DNA of 24,365 bases, taken from positions 1 through 24,365 of IMG/VR virus record IMGVR_UViG_3300016476_000792; one strand, written 5' to 3'. Shown in pieces: positions 14,136 to 23,745 of the stretch. Positions within the stretch are counted from its first letter, which is position 1, and each line of letters opens with the position of its first letter. A program made the position numbers and the translations under genes. Below the pieces are notes generated by a model. It searched no databases, had not been told where the DNA came from, and worked only from the letters and a program-made list of their open reading frames with translations. The DNA comes from a virus. Taxonomy: Duplodnaviria > Caudoviricetes.

Positions 14136-16119
14136 CAAGATTAAAGGAGGCGTAAAGCACGAAATCAACGATATCGAGTGCTGGACACCGGCGCCTGGAT
14201 ACGTGCTCAATAGACTAAACGGGCAGATAGAAAAGCGCCCGATACTCAGCTCGTCAACTAAGTCAAAGGAACAGCGGTGGTACAGGACCGACCTGCCGGC
14301 AGACTATAACAAGCTTCGCACAATGGAGCTGAGAAAGCAGGAGACTGACCCCACGTTCTACGATGTAAAGCTTGAGGGCTTTAGACAACAGGAATGGGAC
14401 CGGCGCCTAAATGGTGTTTGGTTCATGAACAACGGGAAGGCCACATACCTTACTGGACTGCACTACATGTACCTTAACTGGTGGAAGATTGACATCGGAT
14501 ACCCGAGCTACAGGGACCCGGACCGCAAGTTCTTTTACTTCCTGCAGGCGGCTATCGAGGCACCAACCTGCATGGGGGTGGTCGAGCTTACAAAGCGCCG
14601 CCAGGGCAAGACCTATCGTTCAGGTGTATTCCTTTATGACCTCCCGTCGAGAAGCAAAAACAAATACGCAGGAATCCAGTCAAAGACGGCAGACGACGCC
14701 AAGAGAAACGTGTTTGCAAAGGCCGTAGTAAACCCATTCAAGCACCTTCCTGATTTCTTCAAGCCAGTATACGACCAGGCCAAGGGCGTCACGCCAACAT
14801 CAGAGCTTAGGTTCTACAAGACCACAAAGCGTGGACGTGTGGATGCGGCATATGATAAGCTACCCGAGCTCGAATCTTGGATTGACTGGAGAAACTCTCA
14901 GTTGTTTGCATATGACGGTGCCAAACTTCATAGATACGTTGCGGACGAAGCAGGAAAGCTTGAGGATGTAGACATCTGGGAAAGGCACATGGTCGTTCGA
15001 TTCTGTCTGGAGCAAGACGGACAGTTTATCGGTAAGGCTCTGTATACCACCACGGTGGAAGAGATGTCTGGAGGTGGTGATGGTTTTAAAAAGCTATGGA
15101 GAAACAGCGACCAGACAAAACTGACTGAATCCGGACGCACCATCAGCGGCCTTTGGAGGTACTTCACACCTTCGTATGAGACGCTGTTCTTTGATGAATA
15201 TGGCCTGCCACGAATTGACGAATCCAAGGTATACTACCTAAATGAGCGCAAGGCACTACAGGGAGACAGCAAGTCACTGTCTAGCTACATTCGTAAAAAC
15301 CCATTCTCCCCAGAGGAAGCGTTCCGTACCGACGGCGATGAATGTCTATTCGATGCCATGAAGCTTAACGACCAGCTTGAGCACATCCAGTGGGCGCCAT
15401 CGAAACCACAAGTTGGAAACCTCATATGGAAAGACCCATCAAAAAAAGATGAGGTTGTGTTTGTGCTTGACCCAAACGGAAAGTATAAAATCCTACAGCA
15501 CCCAGACAAACCCAATGCGGTACTTGACAAGAACGGCAGAAGAGTTCCCGGTGAACGAGTAAAGTATGTTGCTGGTATTGACCCATATGACCTGGACCAG
15601 ACTGTGGACGACCGAGGGTCTAAAGGTGCCGCTTATATATTTAAAAAGTTTGATGGATTCGATGAGATGTCCGGCCTTCCAGTTGCAGAGTATATCTATA
15701 GACCGGCAATGGCTAAGATGTTTTACGAAGACATGATTAGACTCATACATTATTATGGGGCCAGTGCGCTAATTGAAAGAAACAGAGTAAACTGTATTCA
15801 GTACCTTTGTGAGATGGGTTATGATGCCTTTGTAATGAAAGTAGGGGGAAAACACGGTATTCACGCCACTGAGCGTACCAATAGACAATTGGCTGAATAC
15901 ATGGAGGAGTATGTCTACAATCATGCTAACAGCCTGTACTTCGAATCTTTGATTAACGACTTGCTTGAATTTAGAGTAGAAAAAACCACAAAGTTTGACG
16001 CCGCAATGGCCTTTGGGTATTCCCTGATGGCCGATAAAAACACTTTGTTTGAGAGGAAAGAGATTAAAGCATCCATCTCGGACATATTTAAGAAACATCA
16101 AATTCAAGGACGCTACTAA
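14128..16119 (+). CDS. terL: Terminase large subunit
   Basis: Walker A KRRQGKT, Walker B YVADEAGK, coupling motif YTTT, RNase H-like nuclease AGIDPYD...IERN...KFDAAMA. Confidence 0.92.
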   Translation: MYNKIKGGVKHEINDIECWTPAPGYVLNRLNGQIEKRPILSSSTKSKEQRWYRTDLPADYNKLRTMELRKQETDPTFYDVKLEGFRQQEWDRRLNGVWFMNNGKATYLTGLHYMYLNWWKIDIGYPSYRDPDRKFFYFLQAAIEAPTCMGVVELTKRRQGKTYRSGVFLYDLPSRSKNKYAGIQSKTADDAKRNVFAKAVVNPFKHLPDFFKPVYDQAKGVTPTSELRFYKTTKRGRVDAAYDKLPELESWIDWRNSQLFAYDGAKLHRYVADEAGKLEDVDIWERHMVVRFCLEQDGQFIGKALYTTTVEEMSGGGDGFKKLWRNSDQTKLTESGRTISGLWRYFTPSYETLFFDEYGLPRIDESKVYYLNERKALQGDSKSLSSYIRKNPFSPEEAFRTDGDECLFDAMKLNDQLEHIQWAPSKPQVGNLIWKDPSKKDEVVFVLDPNGKYKILQHPDKPNAVLDKNGRRVPGERVKYVAGIDPYDLDQTVDDRGSKGAAYIFKKFDGFDEMSGLPVAEYIYRPAMAKMFYEDMIRLIHYYGASALIERNRVNCIQYLCEMGYDAFVMKVGGKHGIHATERTNRQLAEYMEEYVYNHANSLYFESLINDLLEFRVEKTTKFDAAMAFGYSLMADKNTLFERKEIKASISDIFKKHQIQGRY

Positions 16120-18299
16120 TGAGCAAGCATGGATATCCTTCACACTTGATTCCAAACTCTGAGAAAAATCGAGATTGGATTCTGGCGTATGTCAAGGCGG
16201 CATACAAAGAGTTTAACGGCATGAATGGAAAAATCTTCTATGGTGCCCGCTACACCTATGCCACCATCAGGGATTACGCAATGGGAACGCAGTCTATCAG
16301 TAAATACAAGCGCATGCTTGACGTTTCTGAAAGCGAAAACGATTCATGGCTGAACATTGACTGGTCGGTGCTCCCGGTGGTTTCACGCTTCCGTCGTCTG
16401 GCACTTGCCAAACTTTCTAAGCGCTCATACAACATTACTGCTACCCCAATCGACATCATGTCGCAGGAAGAGATTAAGGGGTACAAGGCTAAGCAGGAGG
16501 TGAAAATCAAAATGCGCTCAGAGCTCCAGAAGATGAACTCTCCACTTGCCAACGAGGGTGTCTTCGCCATGGAGGATGGCGAGCCCCGTGACATGGAGGA
16601 GCTCCAAATCCATATGGACTTCAGCTTCAAGCATAAGCTTAGTGAAGAGCTCGAAGAGGTAATTAAAAATGTACTTAATATCAACGACTACGAGGAGATT
16701 AGAAATAAGCTCCTTGAAGACTCGTTTGACTTTGGCGTTTGTGGCGTGAAGGAGTATGTGCAAGACGGCGTTGTCCGCCTTCGTCACGTACGTCCTGAAA
16801 ACGTAATCACGTCATACTGCATGAACCGTGACTTCACCGACGCTCAGCACATTGGTGAGTTGCGCATGATGAGCCTTTCAGACATCCGCAGACAGGCTGG
16901 CGAAGAGTTTAGCGAAGAGCAGTTCTACGACATTGCTGAACGATTCCTTAACTCATTCCAGAACCCCAGCGCAATGCCGCCGAAGCGTGGCGTCGGCTCC
17001 GATTACGATAGCTTCCAGATTCCGGTTCTTGACATTGAGTTCATTTCGGTCAACAGTATTGACATTGAAAGCCGCATCGACAAGCGTGGAAACCAAGTTA
17101 AGCGTGTGTTCAACAAGTCTAGAAAGCGCAAGACCAACGACTACACCAGCACCCACTACAAGGTCGTCTACAAGGCGAAGTGGATTCTCGGAACGGAGTA
17201 CCTCTTTGATTACGGACTCTGCACCAACATGAAGCGTGAGCGCTCGAACATGACGGAGACTTCAATGTCATACCACTTGTTTGCCCCCGAGTTCTACGAC
17301 ATGCGTGCCTCTTCAATTATGGAGCAGGTAATCCCCATTGCAGACTCCATTCAGCTGAACTGGTTTAAGTTGCAAAACGCAATCGCTATTGCCAGACCAA
17401 AGGGTATTCAAATCGCCCTTGACGCTATCGAGAACATACCTCTTGGAAGCGGTGGAGCTGAGCTGTCTCCCAAGGACGTTCTTGACCTATTCAACAAGAA
17501 GGGAACATTGGTGTACCGCTATCTGGACCCATCTGGCAACCCAAGTCCATACAAGCCTATTGAAGAGATTGAGAACGGATTGGGCCGTGATGTTACCACG
17601 TACTTTGACCTTATCACCAGAAACATGCAGATGCTTCGTGATATCACTGGTCTAAACGAGTACGTTGACGGTAGCACCATTGACCCCAGAACCCTGTCTA
17701 ACGTAACCAGACTTGCAGAAGAAGCGTCAAACAACGCTTTGTTTGCGTGTGTACAGGCTGACAGAAACATTCTTGAGCGCGTGGCTAGAACTGTCATCAT
17801 TAGACTTCAAGACCTCATTAAGTTCAACACCTACCACCCGGCATACAAAACGGCCCTTGGTGTTGAGACTATTGACTACTTGTCTGGCGGTGTTGACTTC
17901 TCGTACCGTGAGTTCGGCATCAAGATTGAAGACAAGCCGGACATCGTTGAACGTGAAAAGCTTAAGGCTATGGCCGCCCAGTACATGGGCGCTGGCCTTA
18001 TCGACTTCGAGGACCTTGTTCTTATCGAGAACAGCGACAACCTCAAGAAGGCACAATACATCCTTGCCTACAGACTTAAGAAGCGCAAGGAGGAAAAACT
18101 CCGTGAGTCCATGCTCCTTCAGCAGCAGAATGCCGCAGTTCAGCAGCAATCAGTTGCAGCCAAGGGAGAGGCAGACATTGCCAAAATCGAAGCCCAAGGT
18201 GCCATGAAGATGGAGCTGGAAAAACTCAAAGGAGAAATCGAAGCACAGCTGGAACAAATCAAGTCCCAGCTGGCGTCTACAAGAATGTCTAACCAATAA
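16119..18299 (+). CDS. Portal protein
   Basis: 726 aa immediately after TerL (TAATG overlap); LRDITGLNE motif and Q-rich coiled-coil C-terminus typical of podovirus-type portals. Confidence 0.85.
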   Translation: MSKHGYPSHLIPNSEKNRDWILAYVKAAYKEFNGMNGKIFYGARYTYATIRDYAMGTQSISKYKRMLDVSESENDSWLNIDWSVLPVVSRFRRLALAKLSKRSYNITATPIDIMSQEEIKGYKAKQEVKIKMRSELQKMNSPLANEGVFAMEDGEPRDMEELQIHMDFSFKHKLSEELEEVIKNVLNINDYEEIRNKLLEDSFDFGVCGVKEYVQDGVVRLRHVRPENVITSYCMNRDFTDAQHIGELRMMSLSDIRRQAGEEFSEEQFYDIAERFLNSFQNPSAMPPKRGVGSDYDSFQIPVLDIEFISVNSIDIESRIDKRGNQVKRVFNKSRKRKTNDYTSTHYKVVYKAKWILGTEYLFDYGLCTNMKRERSNMTETSMSYHLFAPEFYDMRASSIMEQVIPIADSIQLNWFKLQNAIAIARPKGIQIALDAIENIPLGSGGAELSPKDVLDLFNKKGTLVYRYLDPSGNPSPYKPIEEIENGLGRDVTTYFDLITRNMQMLRDITGLNEYVDGSTIDPRTLSNVTRLAEEASNNALFACVQADRNILERVARTVIIRLQDLIKFNTYHPAYKTALGVETIDYLSGGVDFSYREFGIKIEDKPDIVEREKLKAMAAQYMGAGLIDFEDLVLIENSDNLKKAQYILAYRLKKRKEEKLRESMLLQQQNAAVQQQSVAAKGEADIAKIEAQGAMKMELEKLKGEIEAQLEQIKSQLASTRMSNQ

Positions 18300-18345
18300 T
18301 TGTGTAAACATTCTAAATTGTCTAATTTTACAAAAAATTTGAGTT

Positions 18346-19374
18346 ATGTCTGATGAAATTACTTTTGAACCAATACCCGCAGGTGAGCCTGCAGTAATCA
18401 ATATAGGAGGACAGAATCCAGCCCCCGCAGATGAATCCGCCCCGGCCCAAGATGGAACGCCGGAACCGGCCCCTGCAGGTGGTGAGCCAGCCCCGGAAGG
18501 TCCTGCGGCTCAGGATTTTGACCCCGCAGAATACGTTAAAACGGCAACGAATGGCCGTTTCAGTTCTTTGGAAGAATTACTTGAGCTGGCGGAGAAGGAT
18601 GCTCCTGAACCGCAGTTCAAGGATGATTTTATTAAGAGCGCTGTCGAGTATTACGAAAAGAACGGAAGTCTAAAGCCGTTCTTGGAAGCAATGCAGATGG
18701 ACTACGATAAAATGGAGCCCATGGAGCTTATGAGACATAAGCTTCGCTCTGAATACTCGGACCTGTCTGAAACCGCTTTCAACAAACTCTTCAAGCGTGA
18801 GGTCATCGACAAGTACAATCTTGACGAAGACTCTTACGAAGAGGAGGACGTAGAACTCGGTAAGCAGTTGCTCAAAAAGGATGCGGAATCTCTGCGTCAA
18901 CAGCTCAAGTCTGAGCAGTCTAAGTTTCTCGAGCCAGAGCCAGGTGGTCAAGACGATAGCCTGAAACTTGCGGAAGAATGGGCGGGCCGGGTACAATCCG
19001 ATGCGCTAACACAGCAACTGCTTCAAACGAAGGCTGTAACCATCGACCTTGACGGTGAGGAATTCAATTATGAAATTGACAATCCTCAGCAAGTCATGGA
19101 AATGACGGTGGATAATTCCAAATTTTTTAACTTATTTCTCAATGAGGAAGGCGAAGTTGATTTAGCAAAATGGTATAAAGTTGTGGCGTTTGCCTTAGAA
19201 CCTGATGTGTACGAGCGAAGTCTCGTCAACCATGGCAAGACTGTCGGGGTTGGAGATGTGGAACGTACACTCAAAAATCCAGAGGTTCCCACCGCTGGAA
19301 CTAAAGCACCGCAGACAGCTCAAGATTGGACACAGGCATTCCTCGATGCAGCACTTAATCAAAGAAAAAAATAA
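18346..19374 (+). CDS. Capsid scaffolding protein
   Basis: Acidic, P/A/E-rich N-terminus, helical body; lies between portal and capsid genes. Confidence 0.7.
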   Translation: MSDEITFEPIPAGEPAVINIGGQNPAPADESAPAQDGTPEPAPAGGEPAPEGPAAQDFDPAEYVKTATNGRFSSLEELLELAEKDAPEPQFKDDFIKSAVEYYEKNGSLKPFLEAMQMDYDKMEPMELMRHKLRSEYSDLSETAFNKLFKREVIDKYNLDEDSYEEEDVELGKQLLKKDAESLRQQLKSEQSKFLEPEPGGQDDSLKLAEEWAGRVQSDALTQQLLQTKAVTIDLDGEEFNYEIDNPQQVMEMTVDNSKFFNLFLNEEGEVDLAKWYKVVAFALEPDVYERSLVNHGKTVGVGDVERTLKNPEVPTAGTKAPQTAQDWTQAFLDAALNQRKK

Positions 19375-19386
19375 AAACGCTTTAAA

Positions 19387-20718
19387 ATGAGCTACAACAA
19401 AAACTTCATCTCGTCTATCCACTTCTTGGATAAGCGTGAAATCCTGTCACAAGTTCTGGATGTCCAGAACGAAGACCCCTCGTTCCTCGACGTAATGGAG
19501 GGAATGCGCCGTTCGGTTCCGACCGCAAGCGCTATCTTCCACAACTACGTTAATGCACCCATTTACGAGAAAATCGTTGTTGGTACTATTGGAGGAAACT
19601 TGACCAGCAACAAAATCCGCAAGGGTGATGTATTGGTTGACACCGCTAACAACACCATGTGGTACGTTAAGGATAATACCAACCTTGATGCCAACGCTGG
19701 AAATATCGTAAACCTCGGAGGCTCTGCATCTTCTATTGCTCCGGGCGCTACGGTTGTTGTTATTTCTAACGCCCATGGCGAAGGTTCTGGCGCTCCCGCT
19801 GGCCTGAAGTACGGTCTTAAGAAGTACAGCAACAAGGTTCAAATCTTCAAGAACAGCTACCAGCTGACCGACGTAGAATTGACCAACAAAATCAGCGTTC
19901 AGTTCAACGGCCAAGAGTACTACATGTACGCTGCCCAGCACAACGCCCTGATGAAGTTCCGCAATGACATCGCCTACGCTCTGTTGTTCGGTAAGGGTAA
20001 CGCTTCTACCTTCTCTGGATTCGGTAACGATGTAACTGCCGCTACGACCTCTGGTCAAGTTGGTGGTGTTGCTGTAACCCAAGTTGTTGATGCCGATGGC
20101 AACCCCATCCAATTCACCAAGGGTCTGGTAGAATGGTGTAAAGATGGTCTTGATTTTGACGGAAATGGTTCTAGCGGCGTTTCTGACTTGGACGCATTCG
20201 GTCTTACCGACATGGCTACCATCGTAAAAACCATGGACAAAACTCGTGCTCCTTACGAATACCTTTTGTTCGCTGGTACTGGTGCTAAAATCCAAATGGA
20301 CAATGTCTTCAAAAACCTTGGTTCATCTGGCGTTACTAGCGTTAGACTTAATGTGTCTGGAAATGCTGTAGACTTCGGAATGGAGCAAATCAGCCTTTAC
20401 GGTCGCAAGTTCATCATGAAGGCGTTCCCGCAGTTCTCTCACGTTGCTGGTGAGGCTGCTATCGCCGACGCTACGGACACCGTTCTGTTCATCCCGAACG
20501 ACAAAATCAAGGTTCACGCTGGTAGCGGAACTGTTGACCGTATGCGTGTACGTTACCTGGAAGGACCCAACACCAACCTTGCTTACAAGGAGTGGATGCT
20601 GGGTGGGTTGGCTCCTACGCCTACCGACGGTCGCAGCGTACTCGAGGCAGTATACGAATCAGCCCAGGGTCTTGAAATCCTTGGAGTTGAGCACTTCGGT
20701 ATCGCCAAGTTCGCCTAA
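19387..20718 (+). CDS. Major capsid protein
   Basis: 443 aa after the scaffold; strong codon bias; YSNKVQIFKNSY...DIAYALLFG...TKGL pattern; strong terminator follows. Confidence 0.85.
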   Translation: MSYNKNFISSIHFLDKREILSQVLDVQNEDPSFLDVMEGMRRSVPTASAIFHNYVNAPIYEKIVVGTIGGNLTSNKIRKGDVLVDTANNTMWYVKDNTNLDANAGNIVNLGGSASSIAPGATVVVISNAHGEGSGAPAGLKYGLKKYSNKVQIFKNSYQLTDVELTNKISVQFNGQEYYMYAAQHNALMKFRNDIAYALLFGKGNASTFSGFGNDVTAATTSGQVGGVAVTQVVDADGNPIQFTKGLVEWCKDGLDFDGNGSSGVSDLDAFGLTDMATIVKTMDKTRAPYEYLLFAGTGAKIQMDNVFKNLGSSGVTSVRLNVSGNAVDFGMEQISLYGRKFIMKAFPQFSHVAGEAAIADATDTVLFIPNDKIKVHAGSGTVDRMRVRYLEGPNTNLAYKEWMLGGLAPTPTDGRSVLEAVYESAQGLEILGVEHFGIAKFA

Positions 20719-20725
20719 ACCAACT

Positions 20726-20758
20726 GAGGGGAGGGGGAAACCCCTCCCTTCTTTTTTT
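20726..20758 (+). terminator. Intrinsic terminator
   Basis: GAGGGGAGGGG-GAAA-CCCCTCCCTTC followed by T7. Confidence 0.9.
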
Positions 20759-20784
20759 AATTTGATTTACCCAATCTAATTGTC

Positions 20785-21705
20785 ATGAGAAGCACTAAAT
20801 ATTATAACAATCTTGATTCATCGGTCATTAAAAAGTTTGGCCTCGACCGCCTTACCGACACGGTAATCATCAAACTTCTGGACGTCCGAATGGACCCAGA
20901 CAATCCAACTGAACCACTTATTCCGGTTTATAAAAAAATACCAAATCGTGACATCATCATTATTGATGGTCAGTCGTACGACATTGGTGCCATTTCCTCA
21001 GTATCTGGAGATAAAATTTCATTTTATGAGATTGGATTCTGGAAAGACGAGGGCGGGTTTAAACGATTGAACCCACGGACCGCTCGCGACAGGGATGTTT
21101 TAGAATTTTTGCTTATTAGCAACTTTAACGCAAGCAACCCATTCAGAGACCCGAATGTACGTCCGCTATTCGAGGTATTCCGTCCGGAAGAAAAAGCAAA
21201 ACAACGTGTAGACCAGCGCCTTCAGCGTGTTCAGGCAATCACGATTGCAGCTTCAATGAAAGAAGAGGAGCTTCGTGAGTTTGCTGCATCTGTTGGATGG
21301 AATGAAGCGGATGATGTTTATATCTTAAAAGATAAAGTTCTTGACTGGTGCGAGCGTGACCCAAAAGGGTTTATCGAGGCGCAGTCTAGTCGTGAGCGCT
21401 ACATTATGGCCACCCTTCGCAGGGCGGAGTCACGTGATATCATCGCCCGCAACCCGCTTGAAAACGCTTGGGTATGGAAGGCGTCTGGTCAAATCATGTG
21501 TACACTACCACGCCACTCAGAGCGTGACCTATATCAGCTATTCGTAGACTGGTACATGTCTAATGATGTGGCCGTAAAAGTGTTCCACGAGCTCGAAAGC
21601 ATTGTGTACGGAAGAAACCACGTTACCAAACTTGCTCCAGAGCCGGAAGAGGTCCAGACAGAGGACGTCAAACCGAGAGGAAGACGAACGAAGCTGGAAG
21701 AGTAA
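20785..21705 (+). CDS. Hypothetical protein of the head module
   Basis: 306-aa ORF between two terminators; ends in KPRGRR. Confidence 0.75.
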   Translation: MRSTKYYNNLDSSVIKKFGLDRLTDTVIIKLLDVRMDPDNPTEPLIPVYKKIPNRDIIIIDGQSYDIGAISSVSGDKISFYEIGFWKDEGGFKRLNPRTARDRDVLEFLLISNFNASNPFRDPNVRPLFEVFRPEEKAKQRVDQRLQRVQAITIAASMKEEELREFAASVGWNEADDVYILKDKVLDWCERDPKGFIEAQSSRERYIMATLRRAESRDIIARNPLENAWVWKASGQIMCTLPRHSERDLYQLFVDWYMSNDVAVKVFHELESIVYGRNHVTKLAPEPEEVQTEDVKPRGRRTKLEE

Positions 21706-21731
21706 AAGGGGTGGCTTAGGCCACCTTTTTT
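21704..21731 (+). terminator. Intrinsic terminator
   Basis: GGGGTGGC-TTAG-GCCACCTT followed by a T run. Confidence 0.85.
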
Positions 21732-21747
21732 ATTGTCTATAATTTCG

Positions 21748-21755
21748 TAGTTTTG
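21748..21755 (+). promoter_or_regulatory. -7 promoter element
   Basis: TAGTTTTG 8 nt before ATG 21764, right after the terminator. Confidence 0.5.
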
Positions 21756-21763
21756 TATAGACT

Positions 21764-22132
21764 ATGGCTTCGATTAACTTAGACATCTCCACGCAGTTAG
21801 ACATTACGTGCAGACGTAATGATACATTCAGTCTAGAACTCACGTTCTCAGACGATACTGGCTCTGCTATTGACCTTACTACATATAGCGACTTCAAGAT
21901 GGAAGTTCGTAAGCATGATAGAAAAACCGGAAACCCAACGCTGCGATTCACGAAGCTTACCAATGAAATTACCGGATTGAGTAATGGAACTATGACTGTT
22001 CTTGGCTCAGCTTCTACTATGAACATTTCTGGAGGAGATTATGTCTATGACCTTCAAGCCACAACTGTTGGCGGAGAAGTTCACACTTGGCTTCGTGGCA
22101 GGTTTACAATTAATGAAGACGTCACTATCTAA
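21764..22132 (+). CDS. Ig-like virion protein (tail-fibre adaptor type)
   Basis: DITCRRNDTF...IDLT...GDYVYDLQ...LRGRFTINEDVT all-beta pattern typical of BppU-N-like phage proteins. Confidence 0.7.
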   Translation: MASINLDISTQLDITCRRNDTFSLELTFSDDTGSAIDLTTYSDFKMEVRKHDRKTGNPTLRFTKLTNEITGLSNGTMTVLGSASTMNISGGDYVYDLQATTVGGEVHTWLRGRFTINEDVTI

Positions 22133-22458
22133 TGGAAATAGACGTAACATCTCCGTCAGCCCCTCCTGCAATTATTGTTAAGGAGCCATCTGCGGTATCT
22201 AGTGTAATTATTCCGCAGCCAACTACTCAGATTGGCGTAAAAAATTTCATATCAGCTAAGGCTGATGCACACTACACACACGTTCAGGGCGTTGCACTTG
22301 CCACTTGGGAAGTAACCCATAACCTTGGAAAGCGTGCGTCTGTAACTGTAGTTGACTCAACCGATAACGTCGTGATTGGCGAAATCGAATACCTAACAAT
22401 GAACTCTGTACGTCTAAAATTTGCTGGAGCCTTTAGCGGCAAGGCATACTTTAACTAA
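22132..22458 (+). CDS. Tail-associated protein
   Basis: WEVTHNLGK..SVTVVDS...GEIEY...FSGKAY domain common in tail modules. Confidence 0.7.
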   Translation: MEIDVTSPSAPPAIIVKEPSAVSSVIIPQPTTQIGVKNFISAKADAHYTHVQGVALATWEVTHNLGKRASVTVVDSTDNVVIGEIEYLTMNSVRLKFAGAFSGKAYFN

Positions 22459-22463
22459 GAACT

Positions 22464-23651
22464 ATGGCACTCAATTATTTCTCACCCATTGATATGAATA
22501 AGCTCGAGATTATCGAGCCTAGAATTCATAACTCACTTACCGCACCTACAAACCCAGTAGCTGGTCAGATTTACTTTGACACTACGGTCAACACGATGTA
22601 CTTCTACAACGGTACTTCGTGGGTTGACATCAAAGGTGACATCCAAGAGGTTATCGCTGGCGATGGTCTGTCGGGCGGCGGAGCAGGTGGCTCTGTAACT
22701 CTTAACGTAGGCGCTGGACTTGGTATCACGGTAAATGCCGACACAGTACAACTTGACGTATCTAACGCACGTAACGCTGACCACTCCAACATCGAAATTC
22801 TTGGCGGTGCTGGTCTTACTGGTGGAGGTACGATTGATACCACCAGGACGCTTGCTGTAGGTGTCGTTGCTAACTCAGGTATCACGGTAAACGCTGATTC
22901 AATTCAGCTCACCAACTACGATAACCTGACGCAGTACCGCATCCTGATGTGGGGGGCTGGCGGCCAGCTTGAGAACGCCCCGATTACTCGCACCGTAGAC
23001 CAATCAAGTAACGAGACTATTACCATCAACGGTAATCTTATCGTAACTGGTTCTACCACGAGCGTAAACTCAAACGAGGTCAACATCGGTGACAGCATCA
23101 TCAAACTGAACTCTGATGAGGTTGGAACTCCTTCACAGAATGCTGGTTTCGAGGTTGAGCGTGGTACATCTACCAATGTGTCGTTCTTGTGGGATGAGAC
23201 CGCTGACCGATTCACCACGGTAGACCAGCCCCTTCACGTAGGTAGCGTAGAAACCATCGTTCCTGGAACTGATGACTTCTTCTACGTATACGACAATGCT
23301 GTTGGAGAAACTGGTGAGATTAAGAAGGCAACCTTTAACTCAATCGCCAATCTTCTCGGTGCACCGATTCACTTCTCTCTTGACCCCGCTCAAACGGGAG
23401 TTGTAACTAAGGCTGGAAACGTCTACACGGTTACGCACAACCTTGGAACGAAGGCTGTCTCTGCTCAAGTGATTTCATACGCAACTCAAGAGACGGTATT
23501 CGTTGATGTTGCTAGACCCACGGTTAACACCATCACGGTATCTTTTGCTTCTACTGTTACTGATAACGCATACTACGTAATCCTAATCGCCTCTAAGCGC
23601 ACTGGAGATACGGTTGGTGGTTCAGTACAGGGCGATGCCCCTAGCGCATAA
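22464..23651 (+). CDS. Tail fibre-like protein
   Basis: APTNPVAGQIYFDT, repeated AGxGL(S/T)GGG units, GNLIVTGSTTSVNS...GFEVERGT segment, C-terminal THNLG domain. Confidence 0.8.
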   Translation: MALNYFSPIDMNKLEIIEPRIHNSLTAPTNPVAGQIYFDTTVNTMYFYNGTSWVDIKGDIQEVIAGDGLSGGGAGGSVTLNVGAGLGITVNADTVQLDVSNARNADHSNIEILGGAGLTGGGTIDTTRTLAVGVVANSGITVNADSIQLTNYDNLTQYRILMWGAGGQLENAPITRTVDQSSNETITINGNLIVTGSTTSVNSNEVNIGDSIIKLNSDEVGTPSQNAGFEVERGTSTNVSFLWDETADRFTTVDQPLHVGSVETIVPGTDDFFYVYDNAVGETGEIKKATFNSIANLLGAPIHFSLDPAQTGVVTKAGNVYTVTHNLGTKAVSAQVISYATQETVFVDVARPTVNTITVSFASTVTDNAYYVILIASKRTGDTVGGSVQGDAPSA

Positions 23652-23674
23652 TCATAAGTATTGATGGTTTTTAC

Positions 23675-23705
23675 AAGGGGGAGGCAATAGTCTACCCCCT
23701 TTTTT
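23675..23705 (+). terminator. Intrinsic terminator
   Basis: AGGGGG-AGGC-AATA-GTCT(A)CCCCCT followed by a T run. Confidence 0.8.
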
Positions 23706-23711
23706 ATTTCC

Positions 23712-23719
23712 TATCTTTG
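23712..23719 (+). promoter_or_regulatory. -7 promoter element
   Basis: TATCTTTG 26 nt upstream of ATG 23746. Confidence 0.65.
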
Positions 23720-23745
23720 CGTATACTGTATTAGGCTGGTAAACT

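Noticed and set aside
19447-20295. 282-aa antisense ORF in the capsid gene (and similar shadows in portal, terL, ATPase and fibre genes)
   Set aside because: Expected by-product of strong codon bias on the coding strand; no recognisable motifs.
20130-20400. Codon-usage patch in the capsid gene suggesting recombination
   Set aside because: More CTT/AAT/AGA codons by eye, but too few codons to support without statistics.
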